Origin: Candidatus Shapirobacteria bacterium
Lineage (GTDB): Bacteria > Patescibacteriota > Microgenomatia > UBA12405
NCBI GenBank assembly: GCA_037142555.1
Contig: JBAXAJ010000004.1
Span: 21,738-85,737, forward strand
DNA: 64,000 nt
Reading direction: 5' to 3'
Below are positions 56,003-64,000 of the stretch, piece after piece; position 1 is the first letter of the stretch, and each line of letters opens with the position of its first letter. The position numbers and the translations under genes are program-made. A model generated the notes under the pieces. That model made no database searches. It had not been told where the DNA came from and was given only the letters and a program-made list of their open reading frames with translations.

Positions 56003-58268
56003 ACTTTTGTTTTTCGGCCCAAGAGACAACTTCTCTGGTGGCATCGATGGCATCTGGACTGACAGAAATGCTGGAAACTCCCCATTTGACTAATTTTTCG
56101 ATGAGATGTGGATAATTACTTGGTGCTTGTCCACAAATTGAGCTAGTTATGCCTCGTTTTTTAGCCTTAGTTATGGCTCTTTTGAGTGACCATAAAACGG
56201 CTGGATCAAGTTCGTTAAAGTTTTTGGCAACTTCACTGTTGTCGCGATCAATTCCCATGGTTAACATGGTTAAATCATTGCTGCCGATAGAAATGCCGTC
56301 AATTCCAACATCGATGAATTTATCAAGAAGAATGACATTGCTAGGAATTTCGACCATCATAAATAGTTTGAAAGATGGAGATCTCAAAAGTCCTGAGGTG
56401 GCAATTATTTTTTTGACTTCAATTAGTTCTTGAGGAGTGCGAACAAAAGGAATCATTAGCCAAATATTTTTGAAATTATATTTATTACGAACTAATTTAA
56501 GAGCTTCCAATTCCATTAAGAAGACATCTGGGCAACTGATGTAGCGAGAAGCACCTCGGAAACCCATTAGGGGATTTGGTTCTTCTGGTTCATATAATTT
56601 CCCCCATTTTAAAAAGCGATATTCGTTAGTTTTAAAATCAGTAGCTCGATAGATTACTGGTCGAGGATTAAAGCTTTTACAAAAAGTGGCAATATCTTTG
56701 GCCAAGCTTTCAATATAATTTTTTTGTTTACCTTGGGCAATGATGTGTTTTGGATGGATTCCGATGTTGGCAATCATAAATTCAGCTCTTAAGAGACCAA
56801 CTCCGTCAACATTTCTTTTAGCAATGTTTTCGGCTAGTTCTGGTTCTCCTAGATTGACATAAACTTTGGTGGCAGTTTTTAGGGTGGCTGATGGACGGTG
56901 AATTTTAGTTTGTTCACCGAGAGAGTTTTTGTCAACTAAATCCCCTTTCCAAACTTCACCGGTGGTGCCGTTCAGAGTGACGATGTCGCCTTCTTTAAAC
57001 ATTTTAGTGGCAGTTTTGGTGCCGACAACACAAGGAACACCTAGTTCTCGACTGACAATGGCAGCATGAGAAGTTTGACCACCTTTGTCGGTGATGATGC
57101 CGTTAACTTTTTTCATGGCTGGGACAAAATCAGGAGTGGTCATGGTGGTGACTAGAATTTGGCCCTTAGAGACTCGGTCAATGTGTTTTGGATCATTAAT
57201 GATTACTACAACCCCAGAAGAAGTTCCTGGACTAGCTGGTTCGCCTGTGAGATCAGGAGTTTGAGTTATTTTATTTTGATTATCTAGAGTTTTTTGATTA
57301 GAAATAATGGTGGTGATTGGTCGAGTTTGGACAATGTATATTTTGCCTTTATCTAGAGCAAATTCAATATCTTGTGGCTTGCCATAATGGTTATGAAGTT
57401 TTTGAGCAAGTTTAGCTATTTGAATGGCTGTCTTATTATCAATCTTAGATTTATTTTGTTTTGATTTTGGAACAGCAGCTTTTTTAGTTTCATTTTCAGA
57501 TTTAAGCAATTGAACATTTTGGGAAGTCTTTTGATAGGAAATAACTTTCCATTCGTTTTTGTCGATGATGTGTTGGTCTGGAGTTATTTCTCCTTGGACG
57601 ATGTATTCTCCAAGTCCCCAAATAGTTTCGACAATAATTTGATTTTTTTCATTAGTGACTGGATTAATAGTGAAACAGATTCCAGAGATTTCAGAATTAA
57701 TCATCTTTTGAATTGGAACAGCAATGCCAACTTTAAAATGATCGAATTTTTTCTTTTCGCGATAGAAAATTGCTCTTGGAGTGAAAAGACTGGCCCAGCA
57801 ATCTCGGACTCTGTTTAGAACATTGGCTTCACCAACAACATTTAGGAAGGTTTCTTGTTGGCCAGCGAAAGAAGCGTCTGGAAGGTCTTCGGCAGTGGCT
57901 GAAGAACGAACTGCAACTGGGGCATCTTTCAATCCACCTAGGTTAGACAGCTTTTTGTAGGCAGTCATGATGGCGATGGCAGTTTTTTGACTTATCTTTC
58001 CGGACCTGATTATCTTTTTCATTTTTATTGAAGCAGATTGGAGTTGGTCTGGTTGATCGATGTCAGTAGTTTTTAAAATATCTTTAAGTTTGTCTTTTAA
58101 TTTATTCTCTTCAATGAATTTAAAGTAGACTGAGGAGGTCACAACAAAACCATTTGGAACTGGAATTTTTAGTGAATACATTTCTCCAAGATTGGCACCT
58201 TTCCCACCGGCCGAAGCTATGTCGTCGTGACTGATTTCTTTAAACCATAAAATATCTTTAATATCCAT
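55992..58268 (-). CDS. ppsA: Phosphoenolpyruvate synthase (PEP-utilising enzyme family)
   Basis: ATP-grasp N-terminus with GGKGANLGEM. Phospho-His domain GGQTSHAAIVSRELGVPCVVG. C-terminal PEP-utilising TIM barrel. Confidence 0.65.
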   Translation of the reverse strand: MDIKDILWFKEISHDDIASAGGKGANLGEMYSLKIPVPNGFVVTSSVYFKFIEENKLKDKLKDILKTTDIDQPDQLQSASIKMKKIIRSGKISQKTAIAIMTAYKKLSNLGGLKDAPVAVRSSATAEDLPDASFAGQQETFLNVVGEANVLNRVRDCWASLFTPRAIFYREKKKFDHFKVGIAVPIQKMINSEISGICFTINPVTNEKNQIIVETIWGLGEYIVQGEITPDQHIIDKNEWKVISYQKTSQNVQLLKSENETKKAAVPKSKQNKSKIDNKTAIQIAKLAQKLHNHYGKPQDIEFALDKGKIYIVQTRPITTIISNQKTLDNQNKITQTPDLTGEPASPGTSSGVVVIINDPKHIDRVSKGQILVTTMTTPDFVPAMKKVNGIITDKGGQTSHAAIVSRELGVPCVVGTKTATKMFKEGDIVTLNGTTGEVWKGDLVDKNSLGEQTKIHRPSATLKTATKVYVNLGEPELAENIAKRNVDGVGLLRAEFMIANIGIHPKHIIAQGKQKNYIESLAKDIATFCKSFNPRPVIYRATDFKTNEYRFLKWGKLYEPEEPNPLMGFRGASRYISCPDVFLMELEALKLVRNKYNFKNIWLMIPFVRTPQELIEVKKIIATSGLLRSPSFKLFMMVEIPSNVILLDKFIDVGIDGISIGSNDLTMLTMGIDRDNSEVAKNFNELDPAVLWSLKRAITKAKKRGITSSICGQAPSNYPHLIEKLVKWGVSSISVSPDAIDATREVVSWAEKQKFKK

Positions 58269-58418
58269 AATAAAATGATAGCAAAATATTGAATAAAAGT
58301 ATTATTTAATACGTATATTATGGGATATGTGTTAGATAGGGGTGATAATTAGCAGTCATCTGGTTCGAGTGCTAATGAGGTATTGATTTCAAAAATAGCG
58401 GGTTTTAAGCGGTGTTTT

Positions 58419-58437
58419 GTGTGTAATAATTACACAC
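58419..58437. promoter_or_regulatory. Perfect palindrome gtgtgtaat-a-attacacac
   Basis: 9-bp arms in the 227-bp spacer between the cupin gene end and the ppsA start. Confidence 0.35.
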
Positions 58438-58495
58438 TTGTGATAACAAAGTATATCAATCAATATCTTTCTTAATACATTGATATTATAAGCTA

Positions 58496-58858
58496 TCAAT
58501 TTTTGGTCTCATTTTGACGATTATAATCGTCTTCATATCGGATGGTTGTTCCTATTTCTGGAGTCGAAGCTTCGAAAATAATTGCGTCTTTTGTGGCACT
58601 CAAACGATGGATAGTTCCGGCTTGAATTGTGTAGTCTTTTTTAAGTTCCATGTGGATAATTTCTAGACTATTTAAGTCTGGTCCAATGATTAAATCTACT
58701 TCACCTTCGACTAGAACTAGAGTTTCAATCTTTTGAGTGTGGGATTGAAGTGATAGACGGCAGTTGGCATTGATTTTTAATTGTTTAAAAGTGTATGGAG
58801 AATCTTTTGAAGTATAAAGAGTTTCTTCCCCCCATGGTTTGTTGATTATTTCTGTCAT
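58496..58858 (-). CDS. Cupin domain protein (mannose-6-phosphate-isomerase-type cupin)
   Basis: WGEE...LSLQSHTQKIETLVLVEGEVDLII, a two-His cupin motif. Confidence 0.6.
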   Translation of the reverse strand: MTEIINKPWGEETLYTSKDSPYTFKQLKINANCRLSLQSHTQKIETLVLVEGEVDLIIGPDLNSLEIIHMELKKDYTIQAGTIHRLSATKDAIIFEASTPEIGTTIRYEDDYNRQNETKN

Positions 58859-58862
58859 AATT

Positions 58863-59519
58863 TTATTTAATTAAGTTAATTATAATCCTTTCTAGAGCTA
58901 ATTCCTTAGGAATTGCTAATTGGCCACTTTTGTTTTGATAATCGAGTTCAATTAATTGCAGATAAGCTCTTTTGAGAATGGCTTTGTCGAAACGGGTGTA
59001 GGAAGTTAGTTGTTTTCGAAGGTTGCCTTTCAAAAGATATAAAAATAAATCATAGATCCCCTGTTTCAACATCTCTTCATAGAGAGGAATAAAAGTTTTT
59101 AAATTTTGAGGTTTGATGGCATTTAAACAAGTGAAAAGTTTTGAGTCTAGTTGAAAGACTTGGACTTTGGCTTGAGGGAAAGTCTTTAGTTGAGTAGGGT
59201 TTAGTTTTTTGTCTTGCCAAACGATGATGTCGTGGTTGTCTAGTTGGTTTAATATTTTTGGGAGTTTATCGAGAGTAGTTTTTGGGGCGGAAAAAAGATT
59301 TGAAAGGATAAGAACTTTTTTGTCATTTAAAAGTGAATTGCTTTGGAGGAAGTTATTAATGATTTCAGGATTAATATTCTTGCCATCAACCTTAAGAAGA
59401 TCGGCATCGATATATTTTTCTATGAGATCATTAAAAGCGCTTCGACTGTCAAATTGGTTGTCACCATGAAAAATATAAATCATTATTGATATTATAGCTT
59501 TAGATTGATAAAATATCAC
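58863..59519 (-). CDS. holA: DNA polymerase III delta subunit-like (short)
   Basis: YIFHGDNQFDSRSAFNDL N-terminal pattern and a C-terminal helical region (GIYDLFLYLLKGNLRKQL). It is shorter than canonical HolA. Confidence 0.4.
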   Translation of the reverse strand: MIFYQSKAIISIMIYIFHGDNQFDSRSAFNDLIEKYIDADLLKVDGKNINPEIINNFLQSNSLLNDKKVLILSNLFSAPKTTLDKLPKILNQLDNHDIIVWQDKKLNPTQLKTFPQAKVQVFQLDSKLFTCLNAIKPQNLKTFIPLYEEMLKQGIYDLFLYLLKGNLRKQLTSYTRFDKAILKRAYLQLIELDYQNKSGQLAIPKELALERIIINLIK

Positions 59520-59602
59520 TTGTCATTCATTGGCTCCATCGTTCCTCCTACGCCAAGGCTTCGGAAGGACAATGCTAGTGGTCAGTACTTTGTAAAATTT
59601 AA

Positions 59603-59675
59603 GGCTCCATCGTCTAGTGGTCAGGACTCCTGGTTTTCATCCAGGCAATCGTGGGTTCGACTCCCACTGGAGTCA
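59603..59675 (+). tRNA. tRNA-Glu(TTC)
   Basis: ggctccatcgtctagtggtcagga..., loop ttTTCat. Confidence 0.75.
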
Positions 59676-59681
59676 CATTGT

Positions 59682-60641
59682 TTATTCGAAGATTCTGATT
59701 GAAGAAAAGTTTTTGGAATCTAATCCGTTGATTGAGATTTTTTCTATTGTAAATTCTTGAGATTCTAAGTTACTAGGTGAAAGAATGTATTCAATGAACT
59801 CATCCCCTCTTTTTTTGAGAGCGCCAGCTCCTATCCAAAATTTAGTAATTGAGGTTTTGGTAGTTCCGACAATTAAATATTTTCCAGACGAGAGAGGTTG
59901 ACAAAATACTGGAATTTTTTCAGGATTGGAAGTGTACCCTAATCCTCTTTTAACTGTCATGTAAGCATCATGGATGAGAAGAATCTTTTCACACCATTTT
60001 GGATCTTTTAATTGTTCTTTGGTTGGATTTGCATTTAATTTGGTAGTTCTAAGATCTTCTTCTGGGAAAACTGGATTAGTAACTGAAAGTTTTTCTACAC
60101 TTTCTTGTAGTTCTTTTTTGAATTTTTCATATGGTCCATATATGTCACCAAATTTAGTGATAATCATTTTTAAATTAGTTGGTTGGTAATTTTTGAGAAA
60201 ATTCAAGATTTTTTGGTGTTCATTTATGTAAGTTTCTACAGTTTCAAGTGGAATATTATCAATACTTGGTAAAACGTAATCGTCAACAAAAAATTCAAAG
60301 ATGATTCCTGGTTGGTAAATTTCACAAATTGGTTTAAGCCATTTGGTGTAATATATGACAGTAAATAATTCAGCCCAGTCTGGATTTGGAGCTTCTTCTA
60401 ATCGCCAAAGTTTGTAGGCACCATGTGGGAAAACTATTTTAATTGGTTGGTTATTTTCTACACTGCTTTTAATAACATTTTTGATGTGATCGTTTAATTC
60501 TGAATTGACTGAATACTTTCTAAATTTTTTGGACATTAGGAGACGGAAAATTTCGTCAAGCAACTTATCTTCACCAAAATCTTTTGGCTGAAAGTCTTTA
60601 ATTTTATTTAATTCTTTTTGAATATATTCTGTTGGTGTCAT
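59682..60641 (-). CDS. Hypothetical protein
   Basis: 319-aa ORF with no assignable motif. Confidence 0.4.
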   Translation of the reverse strand: MTPTEYIQKELNKIKDFQPKDFGEDKLLDEIFRLLMSKKFRKYSVNSELNDHIKNVIKSSVENNQPIKIVFPHGAYKLWRLEEAPNPDWAELFTVIYYTKWLKPICEIYQPGIIFEFFVDDYVLPSIDNIPLETVETYINEHQKILNFLKNYQPTNLKMIITKFGDIYGPYEKFKKELQESVEKLSVTNPVFPEEDLRTTKLNANPTKEQLKDPKWCEKILLIHDAYMTVKRGLGYTSNPEKIPVFCQPLSSGKYLIVGTTKTSITKFWIGAGALKKRGDEFIEYILSPSNLESQEFTIEKISINGLDSKNFSSIRIFE

Positions 60642-60648
60642 AACTTTG

Positions 60649-60721
60649 AGATGCGGGAAGGAGTCGAACCCTCGTACCTTGCTTTGCAGACAAGTACCTT
60701 TACCACTTTGGTTACCGCATC
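60649..60721 (-). tRNA. tRNA-Cys(GCA)
   Basis: Minus strand: acceptor gatgcgg/ccgcatc, loop ctGCAaa. Confidence 0.7.
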
Positions 60722-60779
60722 AAGTCAATTATATCAAAGGAATGAATTGGCAGACATTGATTCGTTACGGTATCAAAAT

Positions 60780-61865
60780 TTATTTATATTCTTTAGCTTT
60801 TTCTTCATTATTTAGAATTCGGAGGGCGCCGTCGCGAAGAGCTTCGAGTTCTTTTTCACCTGGGTAGACAGAAATGCCAATGTTTAGGCTAGATAAATCT
60901 TTTTTGATATTTTCAATTAGACCCTTCCATCGAGCAACACCACCAGTGATTAAAATTTGATCAACTTTTTCACCTTCAAAATCTGGGATTAAAGAACAAA
61001 TTGAACGAGAAATTCCAGTAAACATAGCATCAACAATGTCTTTTTCTTCCTTATTCATAGTCGGATAGCGATTTTCAAGATCAATTAAATCTTTAGTTTT
61101 AAGATGAGCGAAAAGACCGCCGCCGCCAGCAATCAGATTGATGAGTTGTTCTTTGGTATATTTTCCAGAAAAACAAAGATTAATTAGGCCTTGAGCCGGA
61201 ACTTGGCCTGATCTTTCTGGACTCATTGGACCTTCTCCAGCCAGAGCATTGGTTACATTGATTGTTTTACCTTTCTTATGGGCACCAAAAGAAAAACCAC
61301 CACCTAGATGGGCAACTATTAAATTTAAAGAATCATAACTTTTGCCACAATCTTTGGCATAATGACGAGCAACTGCTTTTTGATTTAGAGCATGCCAACC
61401 AGCATATCTTCTGATTTCAGGAATGCCGGTGATTTTGAATTTATCTTCAATTTCATCAGTAGTGACTGGGTCAACAATGAAAGCTTCATCAGTGATATTA
61501 AATTTTTTGGCTAATTCTAGGGCAATTGGAGCACCTAAATTAGAAGCATGATTAGCTTGAGCGTGATTTCTTAAATCATCAAGCATTTTGTCATTAATTT
61601 GGTAGGTTCCAGAAGTGAGAGGTGGGAGCATTCCCCCTCGACCGACTATGGCATCAAATTCAGTTAGTTTATTTTCTTCTAAGATTTTAGAAATAGCTTC
61701 AAAACGGTATTGGAATTGATCAAAAATATTACCAATATTGCTAAATTTTTCTTGGAATTTTGGATCAGCAGCGTGGTCTAGTTTGTGTTCGAAAATTAAA
61801 TCTTCATTTTCAAAAACAGCTAACTTAGTGGTGGTTGATCCTGGGTTTATTATTAAGGTTTTCAT
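60780..61865 (-). CDS. buk: Butyrate kinase (acetokinase family)
   Basis: MKTLIINPGSTTTKLAVFE N-terminus and ASKHGG-fold length. Confidence 0.7.
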   Translation of the reverse strand: MKTLIINPGSTTTKLAVFENEDLIFEHKLDHAADPKFQEKFSNIGNIFDQFQYRFEAISKILEENKLTEFDAIVGRGGMLPPLTSGTYQINDKMLDDLRNHAQANHASNLGAPIALELAKKFNITDEAFIVDPVTTDEIEDKFKITGIPEIRRYAGWHALNQKAVARHYAKDCGKSYDSLNLIVAHLGGGFSFGAHKKGKTINVTNALAGEGPMSPERSGQVPAQGLINLCFSGKYTKEQLINLIAGGGGLFAHLKTKDLIDLENRYPTMNKEEKDIVDAMFTGISRSICSLIPDFEGEKVDQILITGGVARWKGLIENIKKDLSSLNIGISVYPGEKELEALRDGALRILNNEEKAKEYK

Positions 61866-62454
61866 ATCTGATTATTATAAAGCCAATTAAAATAAATACT
61901 AGACTTATTATTTGACCAATTTTGATTGAATTTATAGTGAAAGTGTCATAACGAATAAACTCGGTAAAGAAACGAATAATGCCGTATCCTATCAAATAAA
62001 TTGCAGTTTGATGTTTTTTGATTTTGATTAAAATTAAAAATAATATTAAATCGAAGATTGATTCTATCCACCAAACTGGAATTTCATTATTAAAAAAATT
62101 CCCCCATCGGCCAATTGATTGGCATAAGGGAACGATTGGAGCAATTGTGTCTAATATTTTTATGAAAGAAATTTTATTTAATTTGGAAAAAATAAATATA
62201 AACAATATTCCGCCTATTAATCCGCCTAAAATTCCTAATCCCCCACCGCGAGTGTTGATTATTTGATCCAAATTTTGGGAATAATAGTTCCAGTTGCTGA
62301 TGACATAATAGCTTCTGGCGCCGATTACTGAGAATAAAAAAAGTAGAAAAATAAAAATAGTTTCTCTCTTTTTATGAATAAGATTGTTTTTTTTGGAAAA
62401 ATATTGAGCGCCAAGAGCAAAAGCAATACCGATTAAGAGACCATAGATAGACAT
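61825..62454 (-). CDS. lgt: Prolipoprotein diacylglyceryl transferase
   Basis: Signature GRWGNFFNNE with multiple TM segments. The start was trimmed to the internal Met (MSIYGLLIG) to clear tRNA-Lys. Confidence 0.7.
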   Translation of the reverse strand: MSIYGLLIGIAFALGAQYFSKKNNLIHKKRETIFIFLLFLFSVIGARSYYVISNWNYYSQNLDQIINTRGGGLGILGGLIGGILFIFIFSKLNKISFIKILDTIAPIVPLCQSIGRWGNFFNNEIPVWWIESIFDLILFLILIKIKKHQTAIYLIGYGIIRFFTEFIRYDTFTINSIKIGQIISLVFILIGFIIIRYENLNNKPRINHH

Positions 62455-62477
62455 GGAATAGTTTAGCAAAAATAATG

Positions 62478-62551
62478 TGGGTCCGGCGGGAATCGAACCC
62501 GCGACCACCTGCTTAAAAGGCAGATGCTCTAACCAACTGAGCTACAGACCC
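62478..62551 (-). tRNA. tRNA-Lys(TTT)
   Basis: Minus strand: gggtctgtagctcagttggttagagc..., loop ctTTTaa. Confidence 0.7.
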
Positions 62552-62559
62552 TAATTAGT

Positions 62560-62871
62560 TTAAATTGTTCTTGCTTTTGGATTACGGAGGTAATAAAGTT
62601 TAGAACGTCGAATTTTAGTTTTAGGTGATCGTAATTTTTTGATACTATCAATCCATGGAGAATTCATAGGAAAAATTCTTTCAACCTTAACAGCATCAGA
62701 TGCTGCTTTTTGAACAATAAAGTTTTTGTTTTCGCCAGTACCTTGGATAGCCAAGATAATACCGTCAAAAGCTTGTATTCTTTCTTTTTCTTTTTCTTTA
62801 ATTTTGTAGTTAACTTTAACTGTGTCACCTACAAAAAAATCTTGTTCTTTGAATGTTATTTTTAAGGACAT
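62560..62871 (-). CDS. rplS: 50S ribosomal protein L19
   Basis: Length and a Lys/Arg-rich C-terminus (KIRRSKLYYLR). Confidence 0.75.
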   Translation of the reverse strand: MSLKITFKEQDFFVGDTVKVNYKIKEKEKERIQAFDGIILAIQGTGENKNFIVQKAASDAVKVERIFPMNSPWIDSIKKLRSPKTKIRRSKLYYLRNPKARTI

Positions 62872-62924
62872 ATTGATATTTAAATTAAATGCTTTGAAAT
62901 TATATCAAACTAGGCTTCGGTAGT

Positions 62925-64000
62925 CTATGAAGTAATTTTTAAAATTGTGTTTATCTGTTTTTCAAGTTCTTCATTGTAATTGACACCATAACTTAGAACT
63001 ACATTTTTGCCGTTTGGTAGGATGATTAATCCTCTATGGCCATTTGGATTATTTTTGAGAAGAGTGTTTAATTCCATTAATTGAGTTTGGTTGGTGGCCT
63101 TTGGGACTGTAATGACAAAATCATATTTTGGAGTGGTGTCTGGAGCATCTTCATTTATGGAATCAACTAAAATCGAGAGTTGGCCTTCTCTTTCATTTAA
63201 TTTACCTTCAATATAAAATGCCTTATTTTCGACCAAAACTTTTTCAATTTCATCAAAAATCTTTGGGAAAACAACAGCTTCAATTCGGGCTGTTTCATCT
63301 TCAAAAGTGATAAAGGCCATTTTGGCATTATTTTTTTTAGTGCGAATAACTTTAAATTTATTGACAGAAGCGACTAATTTAACTCCAGAGTTAGGAGATT
63401 TATTAAGAATTTCAGAAATTTTTGGAAGTCCAATTTTTTCAAATTTTTGGAGAATTTTGCTAACTGGGTTTTCAGTGACAAAAATTCCAAGAAGTTCTTT
63501 TTCCATTGATAGTTTTTCTCTTTCAGTCATTTCTTCTACTTTTGGGAAATTATCAGGTGGAGCAATTATTTGGCTTTGATCGCTGTTTGGATCATCAAAG
63601 AGGCCAAATTGACCATTAGTTTTTTTGCCATTTATCTTGTCACAATTTTGGCGAATAGCTTCAAGTGAGACCAAAATAGCGTTTCTTGGCCCAAATTGAT
63701 CCATAGCACCGACTTTAATTAAACTTTCGAGGACTCTTTTATTTACTTTTTGGCTGTCAACGCGAAGACAAAAATCATTGAAACTTAAAAATAGACCATT
63801 TTTTTCTCTTTCATTAACTATGTTTTCAATTGCAGCAACACCAACATTTTTGATTCCACTGAAACCAAAACGAATAGCCATGCCACCAAGAGATTCTTTG
63901 TTTTCTTCCATTTCAAAGCCACTTTTAGATCGATTTATATCTGGAGGACAAATTATTACATTCATCTTGCGACATTCATCAACTCCATCGGTTATTTTTT
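62925..64000 (-). CDS. dnaE: DNA polymerase III alpha subunit, C-terminal part. The frame continues past the window end.
   Basis: ICPPDINRS, the (HhH)2 region IRFGFSGIKNVGVAAIENIV, and the OB-fold tail. The reading frame stays open upstream of the Met at 63965. Confidence 0.7.
   Translation of the reverse strand, partial: KITDGVDECRKMNVIICPPDINRSKSGFEMEENKESLGGMAIRFGFSGIKNVGVAAIENIVNEREKNGLFLSFNDFCLRVDSQKVNKRVLESLIKVGAMDQFGPRNAILVSLEAIRQNCDKINGKKTNGQFGLFDDPNSDQSQIIAPPDNFPKVEEMTEREKLSMEKELLGIFVTENPVSKILQKFEKIGLPKISEILNKSPNSGVKLVASVNKFKVIRTKKNNAKMAFITFEDETARIEAVVFPKIFDEIEKVLVENKAFYIEGKLNEREGQLSILVDSINEDAPDTTPKYDFVITVPKATNQTQLMELNTLLKNNPNGHRGLIILPNGKNVVLSYGVNYNEELEKQINTILKITS

Noticed and set aside
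59505-59702. 65-aa plus-strand ORF
   Set aside because: It covers the partial tRNA copy and tRNA-Glu.
60618-60867. ORFs 60618..60815 (+) and 60646..60867 (+)
   Set aside because: They overlap tRNA-Cys (minus) and the 3' end of buk, with no coding signal.
1-64000. Alternative genetic code (UGA recoding as in some CPR lineages)
   Set aside because: Many well-supported genes terminate at in-frame TGA at the expected protein length (for example pilins at 10150 and 15471). Standard code 11 fits.
1-64000. CRISPR arrays, transposases, integrases, rRNA genes
   Set aside because: I found no regularly spaced direct repeats of CRISPR size, no DDE/tyrosine-recombinase-like ORFs, and no rRNA-like conserved stretches on reading both strands.

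Overview
This window is 64 kb of low-GC bacterial DNA, roughly one-third G+C. It appears to use the standard genetic code, because TGA is read as a stop. Most of it is densely packed housekeeping genes, with one large accessory-like locus. Positions 2.3-21.6 kb hold a complete type IV pilus (T4P) gene set on the + strand: pilB, pilT, pilC, a major pilin followed by a strong terminator, the prepilin peptidase pilD, nine further pilin or pseudopilin genes, a PilX/GspK-like gene and pilM/pilN/pilO. Three large predicted extracellular or membrane proteins sit inside this cluster, including a 1015-aa protein whose N-terminal half is extremely cysteine-rich. No secretin gene is present. That absence, together with several shortened housekeeping proteins (ThrRS without an N-terminal domain, a short trigger factor, short HolA/HolB/RsmI/PheT) and the small gene sizes, suggests a reduced-genome lineage without an outer membrane, possibly Candidate Phyla Radiation (CPR)/Patescibacteria-like. 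That lineage call is an inference. The rest of the window encodes: a partial ligA running off the window start, a Fic protein, holB, rpmF-nusB-rnc-rpsP-KH, an Ldh_2 dehydrogenase, recG, a class A PBP, the thrS-infC-rpmI-rplT-pheST block, a short trigger factor, efp, a DRG-type GTPase of archaeo-eukaryotic flavour, a MiaB/RimO-family radical SAM methylthiotransferase, an NAD-dependent epimerase, tgt, secG, a transglutaminase-like protein, lexA, rsmI, ppsA, buk, lgt, rplS and the C-terminal part of dnaE, which runs off the window end. There are 17 tRNA genes (clusters at 38.66-39.01, 44.17-44.52 and 47.46-47.87 kb) and no rRNA. A tRNA-flanked island at 44.5-49.8 kb carries a MazG-like gene, three NUDIX genes, a Gmk-like kinase, an SDR and an alpha/beta-hydrolase. 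The features not explained by genes are: (1) a ~52-nt element present twice (1-52 and 44271-44319) with a covarying central hairpin and a CACCUCCCUU tail; (2) a heptamer tandem repeat (ATTTCTA)n at five loci, inside and between genes; (3) partial duplications of tRNA 5' segments immediately upstream of tRNA-Glu and tRNA-Val; (4) a 22-nt direct repeat before two consecutive genes; and (5) several perfect palindromes. I found no CRISPR array, no transposase or integrase, and no rRNA.
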